A stretch of 60,309 bases of DNA, filler included. It is 5 parts of 5 records of this genome, joined end to end, with 100 filler letters (N's around TTAATTAATTAA, not from the genome) between each part and the next. Parts side by side here need not be neighbours in the genome. Positions count along the whole stretch, not along the records: positions 44,079 to 52,767 come from SRR31156797_26400; positions 52,868 to 60,309 come from SRR31156797_26420; 3 more parts are not named here. One strand, given 5' to 3'. The notes below the pieces were generated by a model, which searched no databases, was not told the origin of the DNA, and saw nothing but the letters and a program-made list of their open reading frames with translations. This document shows positions 48,868 to 58,059 of this stretch, one piece after another. Both the position numbers and the translations under genes were made by a program. Every line of letters begins with the position of its first letter. Position 1 is the first letter of the stretch.

Positions 48868-49890
48868 ATGAGCATATCATCTACGATCCGCAGTCGGATC
48901 GAGAAACGAATCGCCTTTCTGTCGCGGGAACGAGACCGACTGACCTGCGATACCGACACCCATATCAGCGACCCCGAGATGGTTTCGAACGCCATGGCTG
49001 AGCGTTGTGCCCGCGACCCAAATTACTTTCATGGCCGTCCCATAGACGGTCCGACGCTGCTCCGAGAAATGGGGTCGGCCGGGGTGGATCTGGCCCTGTG
49101 TTGGCAGAACCCGTCGGTTACGCAATATGGAACCAACCGAGAGGATAACTACGCCCTTCTTCGCCGAGCCAATGGCTATATTGCCGACATGGCCGATCAA
49201 TACCCGGAGCGGATCTACCCGGCGGGATGGACCGATCCGTCGGCCCTGGGCGTCAACAACGCCCGAGCCGTCGTTGACGTATGCGTTCTCGAACTCGGAT
49301 TTTCTATTGTCAAACTCAACCCTGCCCAAAACAGCTATCCGATCGACAGCTCAGACGTCTTCGACGTGGTCGACCGGATCGTCGAACTCGGTGCGATCCC
49401 GGCCTTTCATTTCGGACCGGACACCCCCTATACCCCTGTTGACGGACTGGAGCGCTTGGTCGTCCGATATCCCGGACATCCGGTTGTCGGCATTCATTTC
49501 GGCGGCGGCGGCGGCGGATATGTCGAATCCGAGGATTTCTATCACGCCGCCCGAGACCTCGGCCTGCGCCGGACCAATATCCACTATATTCAAAGCGCCA
49601 AGCGCGACACTCACATCGAATCCGACTTCATCACCTACCGCTTGGCCGGCTGCGAAGACTGGCGACGGATATTCCTCGGCAGCGACGCGCCCTATGGCCG
49701 CCAAAGCTGGAATTACGGTGGTTATCGAGCAATGTTCGAATCCCTGGCCGACGGCGCAAACCACACGGACCCACGCCTGCAAAAGAATTCCAATCTGTTT
49801 GACGCCGATACGATCCAGGATTTTATGGGGCGCAATTTTGCCGATTTCGCGGCCGCCGCCTGTCGGCGCATTTTAGAAAAGAACGGTTGA
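48868..49890 (+). CDS. Amidohydrolase_2-type metal-dependent hydrolase, substrate unknown
   Basis: DTDTH, KLNP, FHFG, IHFGG, LGSDAPY. Confidence 0.8.
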   Translation: MSISSTIRSRIEKRIAFLSRERDRLTCDTDTHISDPEMVSNAMAERCARDPNYFHGRPIDGPTLLREMGSAGVDLALCWQNPSVTQYGTNREDNYALLRRANGYIADMADQYPERIYPAGWTDPSALGVNNARAVVDVCVLELGFSIVKLNPAQNSYPIDSSDVFDVVDRIVELGAIPAFHFGPDTPYTPVDGLERLVVRYPGHPVVGIHFGGGGGGYVESEDFYHAARDLGLRRTNIHYIQSAKRDTHIESDFITYRLAGCEDWRRIFLGSDAPYGRQSWNYGGYRAMFESLADGANHTDPRLQKNSNLFDADTIQDFMGRNFADFAAAACRRILEKNG

Positions 49891-50117
49891 CTACCTGAGG
49901 CTTTAAACCGTTTTTTATGAAACTGTCCGGCGGCGTCCAGGTGCCGGGGGTGTAGACCATGACCTTCGATGCCGATTAGGCGAGCCTCTCGAAGGCTGGG
50001 TACGATACCGGTTCGCCGAGGCCCCACATCAAAGGGTGAGCCCGGACCGTTCGCAATTTCCGCCCCTTCGGAAAAAATCCGGGGAAGAATTTTTATTGAG
50101 CATGGAGGAAATCGATC

Positions 50118-50315
50118 ATGAACAAGAACGTCGGTAGCATCGATCGCGGCGCACGCATCGTAGGCGGCCTGATCCTGCTTGCTTTGGTCTTCGTCGGACC
50201 GCAGACGCCTTGGGGCTGGATCGGCATCGTGCCGCTGGTGACGGCCGCGATCGGCTGGTGCCCGGCCTATACCATCTTCGGCATCCGCACCTGCCCGGCG
50301 GCCAAGCAGGAATAG
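50118..50315 (+). CDS. DUF2892 (YgaP-like) small membrane protein
   Basis: NVGSIDR..R...GWCPAY..FGIRTC; RBS GGAGG. Confidence 0.9.
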   Translation: MNKNVGSIDRGARIVGGLILLALVFVGPQTPWGWIGIVPLVTAAIGWCPAYTIFGIRTCPAAKQE

Positions 50316-50348
50316 GCGCAAGTACCAACGCAAAAGAGACGCCGACCC

Positions 50349-50444
50349 GACGGGGCAACGCTGAGCGAGGCGGTAGAGGTCCGCAGTGCCGGCAATGACG
50401 ACCCGGCAGACGGCGACGCCTCGGGCCCCGTCCAGCAGTAAGAC
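50349..50444. repeat. Nested-hairpin intergenic repeat element
   Basis: Three nested stems: GACGGGGC/GCCCCGTC, CGAGGCG/CGCCTCG, TGCCGG/CCGGCA. Second partial copy at 44079. Confidence 0.7.
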
Positions 50445-50503
50445 CCACATCCATAACTGTCGATGAATCGGTGGCGCTTGCGCCGCCGGTTTCATTTTGC
50501 CCG

Positions 50504-50658
50504 TAGTGTCCCGTCAGCACCCCTTTGGGGCTGGGCTTTGCGGTCCCGAAAGCGCGTCGGCTCCTTGACCGCAGTCCCTGCTAGGCTCCGCGAAACCCTC
50601 CTGCTCGGAACCGAAACGCCTCGGTCAGAATGGTTCAAACTAACCGGGACATACTCTA
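50504..50658. mobile_element. Candidate TA-flanked MITE-like palindromic element
   Basis: Imperfect termini TAGTGTCCCGTCAG ... CTAACCGGGACATACTCTA and internal stems (TGCGGTC/GACCGCA). Single copy in the window. Confidence 0.4.
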
Positions 50659-50664
50659 ACGTCC

Positions 50665-50716
50665 TTGACAATATTTGCGCAAATCGATAAACGCAAATAT
50701 TGATAACAAAATATCA
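50665..50716 (+). promoter_or_regulatory. tct promoter region with overlapping palindromes
   Basis: TTGACA at 50665, CAATATTTGCG-N12-CGCAAATATTG (50669-50702), ATTTGCGCAAAT (50673-50684), TGATA-N6-TATCA (50701-50716). Confidence 0.65.
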
Positions 50717-50744
50717 TGAAATACCAGCAAGGAGGTTCTCGACC

Positions 50745-51704
50745 ATGCGAACACCATTCCTCTTCGCGGCGCTCGTCGTCGGCTCCGCACTGTCCGCCAA
50801 TGTCGCAGCGGCGGATTCCTATCCGTCGAAGACGATCGAAATCGTCGTACCCTCATCAGCCGGCGGGGCCTCGGACATCACGGCCCGTTTATTCCAGAAG
50901 GCGTTGGAACCGCTTCTTCCTCAGCCCGTGGTCGTTGTAAACGTGCCCGGCGCGGGAACGGCGCTCGGCGACCGCAAGGTGGCCCTGTCGGAGCCCGACG
51001 GCTACACGGTCCTGATGATGCATCAGGCGATGATCAGCGCCGCCGCCCAGGGCAAGTTCAAGGAAGGCGTCGAATCCCTCGAACCCGTCGCCGCGACGGG
51101 TGAAGAGGCCAACTCCATCGCCGTCAACGCGAAATCCAAGTTCAAGACCCTGAGCGACCTCTACACGGCCGCGAAAAACGAGCCGGGATCGGTGGTCACG
51201 GCCGTCGGTATTGGCGGATTCGCGCATTTCACATCGATCATTGCCGGACAGGCCGGCGGCATTGAATTCCGACCGGTTAACTACAAAGGCGGCGCGGAAT
51301 ACTTGAAGGCCCTCCTCGGCGGGCATGTCGACGTCATCTTCACCAACCCCTCCGACACCTGGCAGTACCATCAGTCGGGCGACCTCCGCGTGCTCGCGGT
51401 CATGACCAAGGAGCGCATGGAAGCCATGCCCAACATCCCGACGGCCGCCGAACAGGGTTTCGACGCATTCGCGACCCTGAATCACATGTGGTGGGTTCCG
51501 AAGGGAACGCCGCAGGACCGCAAGGAGATCCTTGCGGACGCGCTCGAGAAGGCCATGAAAGACTCTGATGTGGTCAAGAAGTTCAAGGCGCGCCTGACCA
51601 ATCTCGTCTTTATGCGGGGTGCCAAGTTGGAGGCCCATGTGAAGGCGGAAACCAAGAAGATCTTCGGAATCGTCGAAAGCCTCGGGCTCAACAAGAGCAA
51701 GTGA
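50745..51704 (+). CDS. tctC: Tripartite tricarboxylate transporter substrate-binding protein
   Basis: Signal peptide, YPSKTIEIVVPSSAGGASD.TAR, NVPGAG, PDGYT, YKGG, LLGGHVD. Confidence 0.93.
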   Translation: MRTPFLFAALVVGSALSANVAAADSYPSKTIEIVVPSSAGGASDITARLFQKALEPLLPQPVVVVNVPGAGTALGDRKVALSEPDGYTVLMMHQAMISAAAQGKFKEGVESLEPVAATGEEANSIAVNAKSKFKTLSDLYTAAKNEPGSVVTAVGIGGFAHFTSIIAGQAGGIEFRPVNYKGGAEYLKALLGGHVDVIFTNPSDTWQYHQSGDLRVLAVMTKERMEAMPNIPTAAEQGFDAFATLNHMWWVPKGTPQDRKEILADALEKAMKDSDVVKKFKARLTNLVFMRGAKLEAHVKAETKKIFGIVESLGLNKSK

Positions 51705-51744
51705 TCGACGTTTCTTCTGGAGCGCGGGGATGGGAGGAGATCAA

Positions 51745-52245
51745 ATGGATTCAAACACTTCAGGCCCAGTAAAACGCAATCGGGACCTGCACGGGGAAGC
51801 GGCCTTCTGCATCGCGATCTGGCTGCTCGCCGTCCTGATCTTCTACGTGACGGCGAACCTTCCGATCCCGCGATGGGAACCGGTCGGACCGGCGTTCGTT
51901 CCCCGCGCTCTTTCCTTGTTCCTTTCTTTCTTCGCGTTTGTTGTGCTCGTTCAAGCCCTGCTTCAAGCCAGGAAAGGCACCGACACCCTGGTTTCAGCGC
52001 CCGCCTATCCGTTGCGCCCGGGACGGATGATCGTTGCCATGTCTGTCGTCGTCGTCGCGGCAATCGGCATGTCCGTCGAAGCCATCGATTTCCGGATCGT
52101 CGGTTTCTTCCTCGTCCTCGGATCGGGGTTCGCGATTTCCGGCTTTCGGGTCCGGGTGCTCCCCATGTTGGCGGCAGTCGCAGGATTTCTGTCGGTAGGA
52201 ATCCATACGCTGTTCACCAAGATCTTTTACATCTCACTCGGATAG
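51745..52245 (+). CDS. tctB: Tripartite tricarboxylate transporter small subunit
   Basis: VGPAFVP, 4-5 TM segments, between tctC and tctA. Confidence 0.85.
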   Translation: MDSNTSGPVKRNRDLHGEAAFCIAIWLLAVLIFYVTANLPIPRWEPVGPAFVPRALSLFLSFFAFVVLVQALLQARKGTDTLVSAPAYPLRPGRMIVAMSVVVVAAIGMSVEAIDFRIVGFFLVLGSGFAISGFRVRVLPMLAAVAGFLSVGIHTLFTKIFYISLG

Positions 52246-52255
52246 GTAACGGTTC

Positions 52256-52767
52256 ATGCTGCCGGAACTCGTTGATTCGTTTTTGCTGATCGGCCAGCCG
52301 ATCCCCCTCCTATACATGCTTATGGGAGTCGTCGTTGGAATCGTCGCCGGCGCCATTCCGGGAATTACCGGCGGCATGTCGATTGCGTTGGCTCTGCCCC
52401 TAACCTACGGCATGGACAGCCACCTCGCGATCGTCCTTCTTGTTTCAATGTATGTCGGTGTCGTCTCGGGCGGCCTCATCACGGCGACGTTGTTGCGCAT
52501 TCCCGGAACGCCGGCGTCCCTGATGACCACCATGGACGGTTATCCGATGGCCATGCAGGGAAAGGCCGCCCGGGCCATCGGAATGGGTATCAGCGCCTCG
52601 TTCTTCGGCGGCATCGTGTCCTGGATGTTTCTGGTCATGCTGTCGCCGCCGCTTTCCCGATTCGCCCTCCGCTTCGATCATTTCGAGTACTTCGCCATGG
52701 TACTCATGGCCCTGGTCTTCATCAGCACACTGAGTGAAGGCGCCGTCTTCAAGGCGTTGCTTTCCGG
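52256..52767 (+). CDS. tctA: Tripartite tricarboxylate transporter permease, 3'-truncated
   Basis: GAIPG, LLRIPGTP, DGYPMA.QG. Confidence 0.93.
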
Positions 52768-52867
52768 NNNNNNNNNNNNNNNNNNNNNNNNNNNNNNNNN
52801 NNNNNNNNNNNTTAATTAATTAANNNNNNNNNNNNNNNNNNNNNNNNNNNNNNNNNNNNNNNNNNNN
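52768..52867. other. Artificial contig linker
   Basis: N44-TTAATTAATTAA-N44. Confidence 0.99.
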
Positions 52868-54104
52868 CAACGGTACGTTTGAAAGTACCTTTTCCGGTGG
52901 ATTGGCTACCGGGTGGGCTGAATATGGAGTGGGACAAACATCTACTCAAGAAACAATAACGGTTCACGGCGGGAGCAATGCACAAAAACGAACATGTGCT
53001 AATGATGCTAACGACATGGGAATTGCTCAAGCGTCTATTTCTGTAACGTCTGGAAATTCGTACAAAGTCTATGCTTGGGTGTACCTTAATTCAGAACGTG
53101 ATGTTACTCTGAGACACGATGGATTAATAGATAATACTAAATCAATAACAGTCCCGGCTACAACGTGGACACGTTTAGAATGGGAAGTTGATGCGGACGC
53201 AACGATAGTTGACTGGTTTTATATTTACAATTCTTCAACCGAATGTACTACGAGTGATTACATTATTATAGATGACGTTCAATTTCTTGAGGTGTCACCA
53301 ACCCAAACACACGGTATTAATTTAAATACGTGCCAAGAGGGATGGATTGACAATTGCTATGAGTATGGAAATTCAACAAGTAATACACTTTATCAATACG
53401 GTTGTACAAATGTTGAAGAAGGTGCAAACTATTGTAAGGATGTAGCTGAATATAGGTATGGTTTAAGAAATCCAGAAATAATTTTACCAGGTGCTACAGA
53501 CTATTTGACTGTAATGGCTGATAGTGCAACAAGTTCAAATGGTGTTATTGCATCGTTTAATAATTATCGTACAAGTGCGACATATTCTCAATTCAATTTT
53601 AATCAGAATGAATTAAGGTTTTATAATCCTGTAGGAAATTATGTGGGATTGAAGGCAAATACTTACGATTCCAGGGTATCAACCGGCACGGCTCCATTAT
53701 CAGTATTAAGCACAACTAAAGTAACGAATCTGAACGCGGATTATTTAGATGGACACGATACAAGTTATTTTGCTACACCCACTAATATATTGATTCCAAC
53801 CGGTGAAACTATAACGGCAACATCAGAGGGTGTAGCGGCATCACTGACAAAAACCACAACGATTATTGACACAAACGATGACGGTGACACAGACACGGTT
53901 ACACTTGCGGATGGTACAATATATCAGATTAAACACTTTACAATAAAATCTGTTGATGCACTTGGAGCCACTGAAATAGTCCCGGCAAACATGGCCGGTG
54001 GACAAACAAAGATAACATTTTCTAATGTAAATGATGGATGCACAATGATATTTGATGGAACAAGTTGGTGTGTCATAGCAAATAACGGGGGGACAATAAG
54101 TTGA
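52868..54104 (+). CDS. Phage tail-fibre/spike-like protein with CBM-like domain, 5'-truncated
   Basis: Frame is open from the contig edge (NGTFES..GW..GGSNAQK, CBM4/9-like). STGTAPLSV.STTKVTNLNADYLDG fibre motif; beta-rich C-terminus TLADGTIYQIK...FDGTSW. Confidence 0.65.
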
Positions 54105-54105
54105 T

Positions 54106-56685
54106 ATGCCACGTTCACGTAGAGCGAAATTCGGCAAAAGTTGGGTCACGTTTGGCAATTTCAAATGGGGCCAGTCACTATCAAATAGGTATCGTAGATT
54201 GACACAAGCAACGAACACACAAGGGTCTATTTTGTTAGACATAGACCTTGACGGAAAACATTTATATTTAAGTGATAAATATATCACGGTGGAAAGCTAC
54301 GAGCATGAGGGCGTTGTAGTCGATTGGGGCAGTTCTGATTTGGCGGCAGGTTCGAGCGTTTCGGAGTTGTCGGATATATCTATTACTTTGTTTAATAAGC
54401 GTCTCATGTACATGAGCACAGATACCCGGATCAGTGAGATGTTTAACGATTATAGTTTTGAAGGTAGAACAGCAACATTCAGACAGTATTTTGACGGTCT
54501 GAATTATGATGAATGTGCCATTTTTCACACTGGCAAGATTGATTCACTCAGTTTTGATGACTTGTATATTTACATAGACATTGTAGATGACGAGGACGTT
54601 TTTAAAGAATTACCTTTACGCAGAATTAGCAAACAAGAATATTCCGAAGCTCCAAAGGAGTCTATTGGAATTGGCAAGCCTTTAGTTTATGGTGTGCCTG
54701 AAACGACAAATTTTCCAAGCTATGACAGGTGGACTTTATGGCCGTCCGTTGTTACAAGCGAGCGCACAAATAAGATAATGATTGCAGACCATAAAATAGC
54801 TGAGGATAGTTACGATAATAGTGGGGCGAGTGGATATATTTACAAATATATTTCAGAGTTACAAACTTATGCTTATTTGTATTCAAGTTCAATTACTTAT
54901 TCGAATACAAGTGCCGGTTGTTTTGCGACTTTAGCACCACCAATAACAATGACTTTAAAAATATATCCTAAATTTGTAGGAAACGAACACACGGCAGGAG
55001 CGGATATATCAAATTTAATAGACAATAACGATTCAACAACATATACAGTGAATGCAAGTGAAAAGTTATATGTCAAGTTTGGAAAACTCCCGGATTTAGG
55101 AACGCTGGCTAAAGGTGCATCTGTAAATATAACAGTTTGGTACAATGTAAGTTCTGTGACTTCAACAACAACATATAAATATTATAATAGTAGATACGAT
55201 AACGGAACGGGGGGAACAAGTACGGGAAGTGCCATAGGTGCGACAGGTTTGGTTTTTTATTTTCTTAGCAATGATAACACGGCACACGGAGAACGAGACG
55301 ACCAAGGCGACCAGGACGACCCCTGGACATGGAATCAATTGTCAGATTATGAGTTTGGCGTTGAATGTGATGGAACGGGCGAAATAGTTTTAAAAGAAAT
55401 GTATCTTGAAGTTAGAGGTATTCCAGTCACAACAACAGATATGACAGTTAGACCGGCAGGAGTAGGACAATATATATATAATTTTATGACGGCAGGAACG
55501 CCCTATAGAAAACAAGAAATTAAAGGAACTGAGATAGGTTCTATATATTCTCAAATGAATACAGGCGGTGCGGAATTTGGAGCTTGGGTAGACACGGCGG
55601 CAGGTGTCGCACGTTCAAACGGATTTAACGAGGGTGATGCAATAGAGTGTCCACCTTACATTATTGAGGATATTTTAAGGCGGGCATTAGGACAAACAGA
55701 CGATAACATAGATTATGATTCATTTGATAACGCTGGTAATACCACAAACGGCACGATAAAGGATTGGAAATTTTTTGGAGCGATTACAAAGATTGAGAAC
55801 TCTAAAGATATTCTGCAAAGATTGTGTATGCAGTCTAAGTCTAGGTTGTTTAGAGATGCGGACGGTATGTTCTCATTTTGGACTTATGACACATCAGCAA
55901 GTATAACATATTCAGATTATAAATTCGATAAGGATAACAATATTTCTGGTCTGTCAATCAGGCGATCCCCACGTTCAGGAATTGCTAATACAGTACGAAT
56001 CAACTATATGCTTGATAGAGGTTCAGGAAATTATCAGAGACAAACATTTATCGAAGTCAACAAAAAATACAGTGGTTCCATGACAGCTGAAGCCGTCGAT
56101 ACATCAGAGACAGCGATTGACGTTGATAGCGGTTCTGACTTTTCAAATAATGACGTAATTTTAATTAATCATGAGGTTATGGTAGTAGACAGTATTTCTA
56201 CAAATACTTTGACGGTTCAACGAGGACAATATAATAGTATAACGGCGGCACACGATGACAATACAAGTATTTATATTTTAGAGACAAATTCAGACGATGG
56301 AACCGGAAGTCAAGACCAAAATGCGGCGGCTCCCAACGACCGGGAAGATGACGCTATAGAAAGTGCTTGGCGTTATGACGTGACTCAACCTTTTGAATTA
56401 GATTGTGATTTTATCATTGATGATACGACAGCGCAAGAATTAAGAGAACATTATTTTGATTATCTCAAGGCTCCTAAATATATCATTGAATTTGATACGT
56501 TCCTGAATGCCAGCGATTTGATTGTCAATGACATATTCGAGTTTGACGATTCTGTAATGGATTCTTACATGAAACTTGGCGGTTCAAGTTGGAGCGGTCA
56601 AAAGTTTATTTGTATGAATATCGAACGAACAGGGAATCTAAAGTATCATGTTGTTGGTGAACACCTAACATACGAGTTTATATAA
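54106..56685 (+). CDS. Phage tail tip/baseplate-hub-like protein
   Basis: IGIGKPLVYG, PPYIIEDILRRALG..IDYDSFD, DILQRLC..LFRD.DG, NTVRINY, LIVNDIFEF, TLTVQRG..AAH motifs resembling Tal/tip-attachment proteins. Confidence 0.6.
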   Translation: MPRSRRAKFGKSWVTFGNFKWGQSLSNRYRRLTQATNTQGSILLDIDLDGKHLYLSDKYITVESYEHEGVVVDWGSSDLAAGSSVSELSDISITLFNKRLMYMSTDTRISEMFNDYSFEGRTATFRQYFDGLNYDECAIFHTGKIDSLSFDDLYIYIDIVDDEDVFKELPLRRISKQEYSEAPKESIGIGKPLVYGVPETTNFPSYDRWTLWPSVVTSERTNKIMIADHKIAEDSYDNSGASGYIYKYISELQTYAYLYSSSITYSNTSAGCFATLAPPITMTLKIYPKFVGNEHTAGADISNLIDNNDSTTYTVNASEKLYVKFGKLPDLGTLAKGASVNITVWYNVSSVTSTTTYKYYNSRYDNGTGGTSTGSAIGATGLVFYFLSNDNTAHGERDDQGDQDDPWTWNQLSDYEFGVECDGTGEIVLKEMYLEVRGIPVTTTDMTVRPAGVGQYIYNFMTAGTPYRKQEIKGTEIGSIYSQMNTGGAEFGAWVDTAAGVARSNGFNEGDAIECPPYIIEDILRRALGQTDDNIDYDSFDNAGNTTNGTIKDWKFFGAITKIENSKDILQRLCMQSKSRLFRDADGMFSFWTYDTSASITYSDYKFDKDNNISGLSIRRSPRSGIANTVRINYMLDRGSGNYQRQTFIEVNKKYSGSMTAEAVDTSETAIDVDSGSDFSNNDVILINHEVMVVDSISTNTLTVQRGQYNSITAAHDDNTSIYILETNSDDGTGSQDQNAAAPNDREDDAIESAWRYDVTQPFELDCDFIIDDTTAQELREHYFDYLKAPKYIIEFDTFLNASDLIVNDIFEFDDSVMDSYMKLGGSSWSGQKFICMNIERTGNLKYHVVGEHLTYEFI

Positions 56686-57464
56686 TGGCGACAGTTACTT
56701 TTTATTATGATAGTGTAGACGATGCGAGTTTTACCGTTACGGGTTTAGGCACGAATGCCAGCTATCCAACATCTAATTTATCAGACCGGAATAAAAACGT
56801 ATATTTTAAGGCCGGGAACGCTAACACGTCCGGTTATATCAATATAGATTTAGGCAGTACCAGAAAATGTGATTCTTTAATACTTGGTAATCATAATTAC
56901 ACAAGCACGAGCGTTGGAATAAAGTTAGCCAGTGATGATAATGACAACGGTAGCTATTCGGCTGTTACTTATCATGTAGGCAGTTCAGGAGCCTATCACG
57001 ATTACGCTTCGGACGGCGTTAACTGGCTTGAAACTTTTACAGAAACAACGAAACGATACTGGCGACTGTATCTTGAAGCAATGGGAGCCGGGACGTATCA
57101 ACAAATAGCGACTATATTTCTTGGGCCTAAATTTGAGCATTCTGTCAACTGGAATTATGGTGATGGACAATTAGGTCATAAATGGGGCGTTGAAGTTGGA
57201 CAAACATCAGGAGGCATTAAGAGACGACAAAAAAACCACGGAGAACAAAAGTCGTGGAATTATAACTTTCAGTACATTGACGAAACTCACAGGTCTAATT
57301 TCTTAACATTTTTACGAGCGGTTTACGGAAACTTTTACCCGTTCTTTTTCGCGGATGAAAGCAGTAATCTTTACTATGCAAGTTTAATTAATTCAGAACA
57401 TATTTTCCCGCATTTGGAATATCAGATGTACAATATAAGAACTCAATTAGAAGAGGAGTTGTAA
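56685..57464 (+). CDS. Distal-tail (Dit)-like protein with N-terminal discoidin-like domain
   Basis: YPTSNL.D, IDLG, GNHN, RYWRL, then TSGG...W.YNF...G..YPFFF...LEEEL. Overlaps the previous stop. Confidence 0.55.
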   Translation: MATVTFYYDSVDDASFTVTGLGTNASYPTSNLSDRNKNVYFKAGNANTSGYINIDLGSTRKCDSLILGNHNYTSTSVGIKLASDDNDNGSYSAVTYHVGSSGAYHDYASDGVNWLETFTETTKRYWRLYLEAMGAGTYQQIATIFLGPKFEHSVNWNYGDGQLGHKWGVEVGQTSGGIKRRQKNHGEQKSWNYNFQYIDETHRSNFLTFLRAVYGNFYPFFFADESSNLYYASLINSEHIFPHLEYQMYNIRTQLEEEL

Positions 57465-57465
57465 A

Positions 57466-58026
57466 ATGAAACAGGTCATATTCGTAATTCTCATTATGTT
57501 GGTTTTCGTTGGCGTATCGAGCGGACAAAAAATTTTACATGAAACACCATTCTATCAATCGCTTGTCATTAAAGAGACCGGCGGGCCTTCAACAGTAGAT
57601 AATGATTCTATTCTTGTGGTATTACCTTCCGAGTACGCCCAAGCAAAAGTTGACACTTTGGGTGATGAAAAGATAAGCGACCACGCGAATTGGACAAGCG
57701 ACCAGAAAGTATTGTGGAATGGTTATTTAACTTTCGATATTGAATTTACCAACACAGACTTAACTACTGACAGTCTGGAAGTGAAAGCCTTTGCAATTGA
57801 TGCATCAGGCGAAGTCATACCAAACCATTATTGTTGGGCTGATTTTGGAACGCCCCCGGCATACTCGACTTCACAACAGATTTTAGATTGGAGCGATGCG
57901 ACAAATTACCGAGCGAATTTCAGTGGAGCGTTTACCTATGATGTTTTTGGTATACTTTTTATAGTTGATGTAAATGATGAAACGGCTCACAGTGCCACAG
58001 CAACGGTAAAGATAGGTATAAATTAA
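57466..58026 (+). CDS. Hypothetical beta-rich protein with Sec signal peptide
   Basis: MKQVIFVILIMLVFVGVSSG/Q; RBS GAGGAG; 1 nt after the previous stop. Confidence 0.75.
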   Translation: MKQVIFVILIMLVFVGVSSGQKILHETPFYQSLVIKETGGPSTVDNDSILVVLPSEYAQAKVDTLGDEKISDHANWTSDQKVLWNGYLTFDIEFTNTDLTTDSLEVKAFAIDASGEVIPNHYCWADFGTPPAYSTSQQILDWSDATNYRANFSGAFTYDVFGILFIVDVNDETAHSATATVKIGIN

Positions 58027-58059
58027 TTCATATCCGACCGGACGGAAATGGATAAGACA

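Noticed and set aside
49722-50495. 257-aa minus-strand ORF across the amidohydrolase end and DUF2892
   Set aside because: Overlaps two supported plus-strand genes and structured repeats, with no motif.
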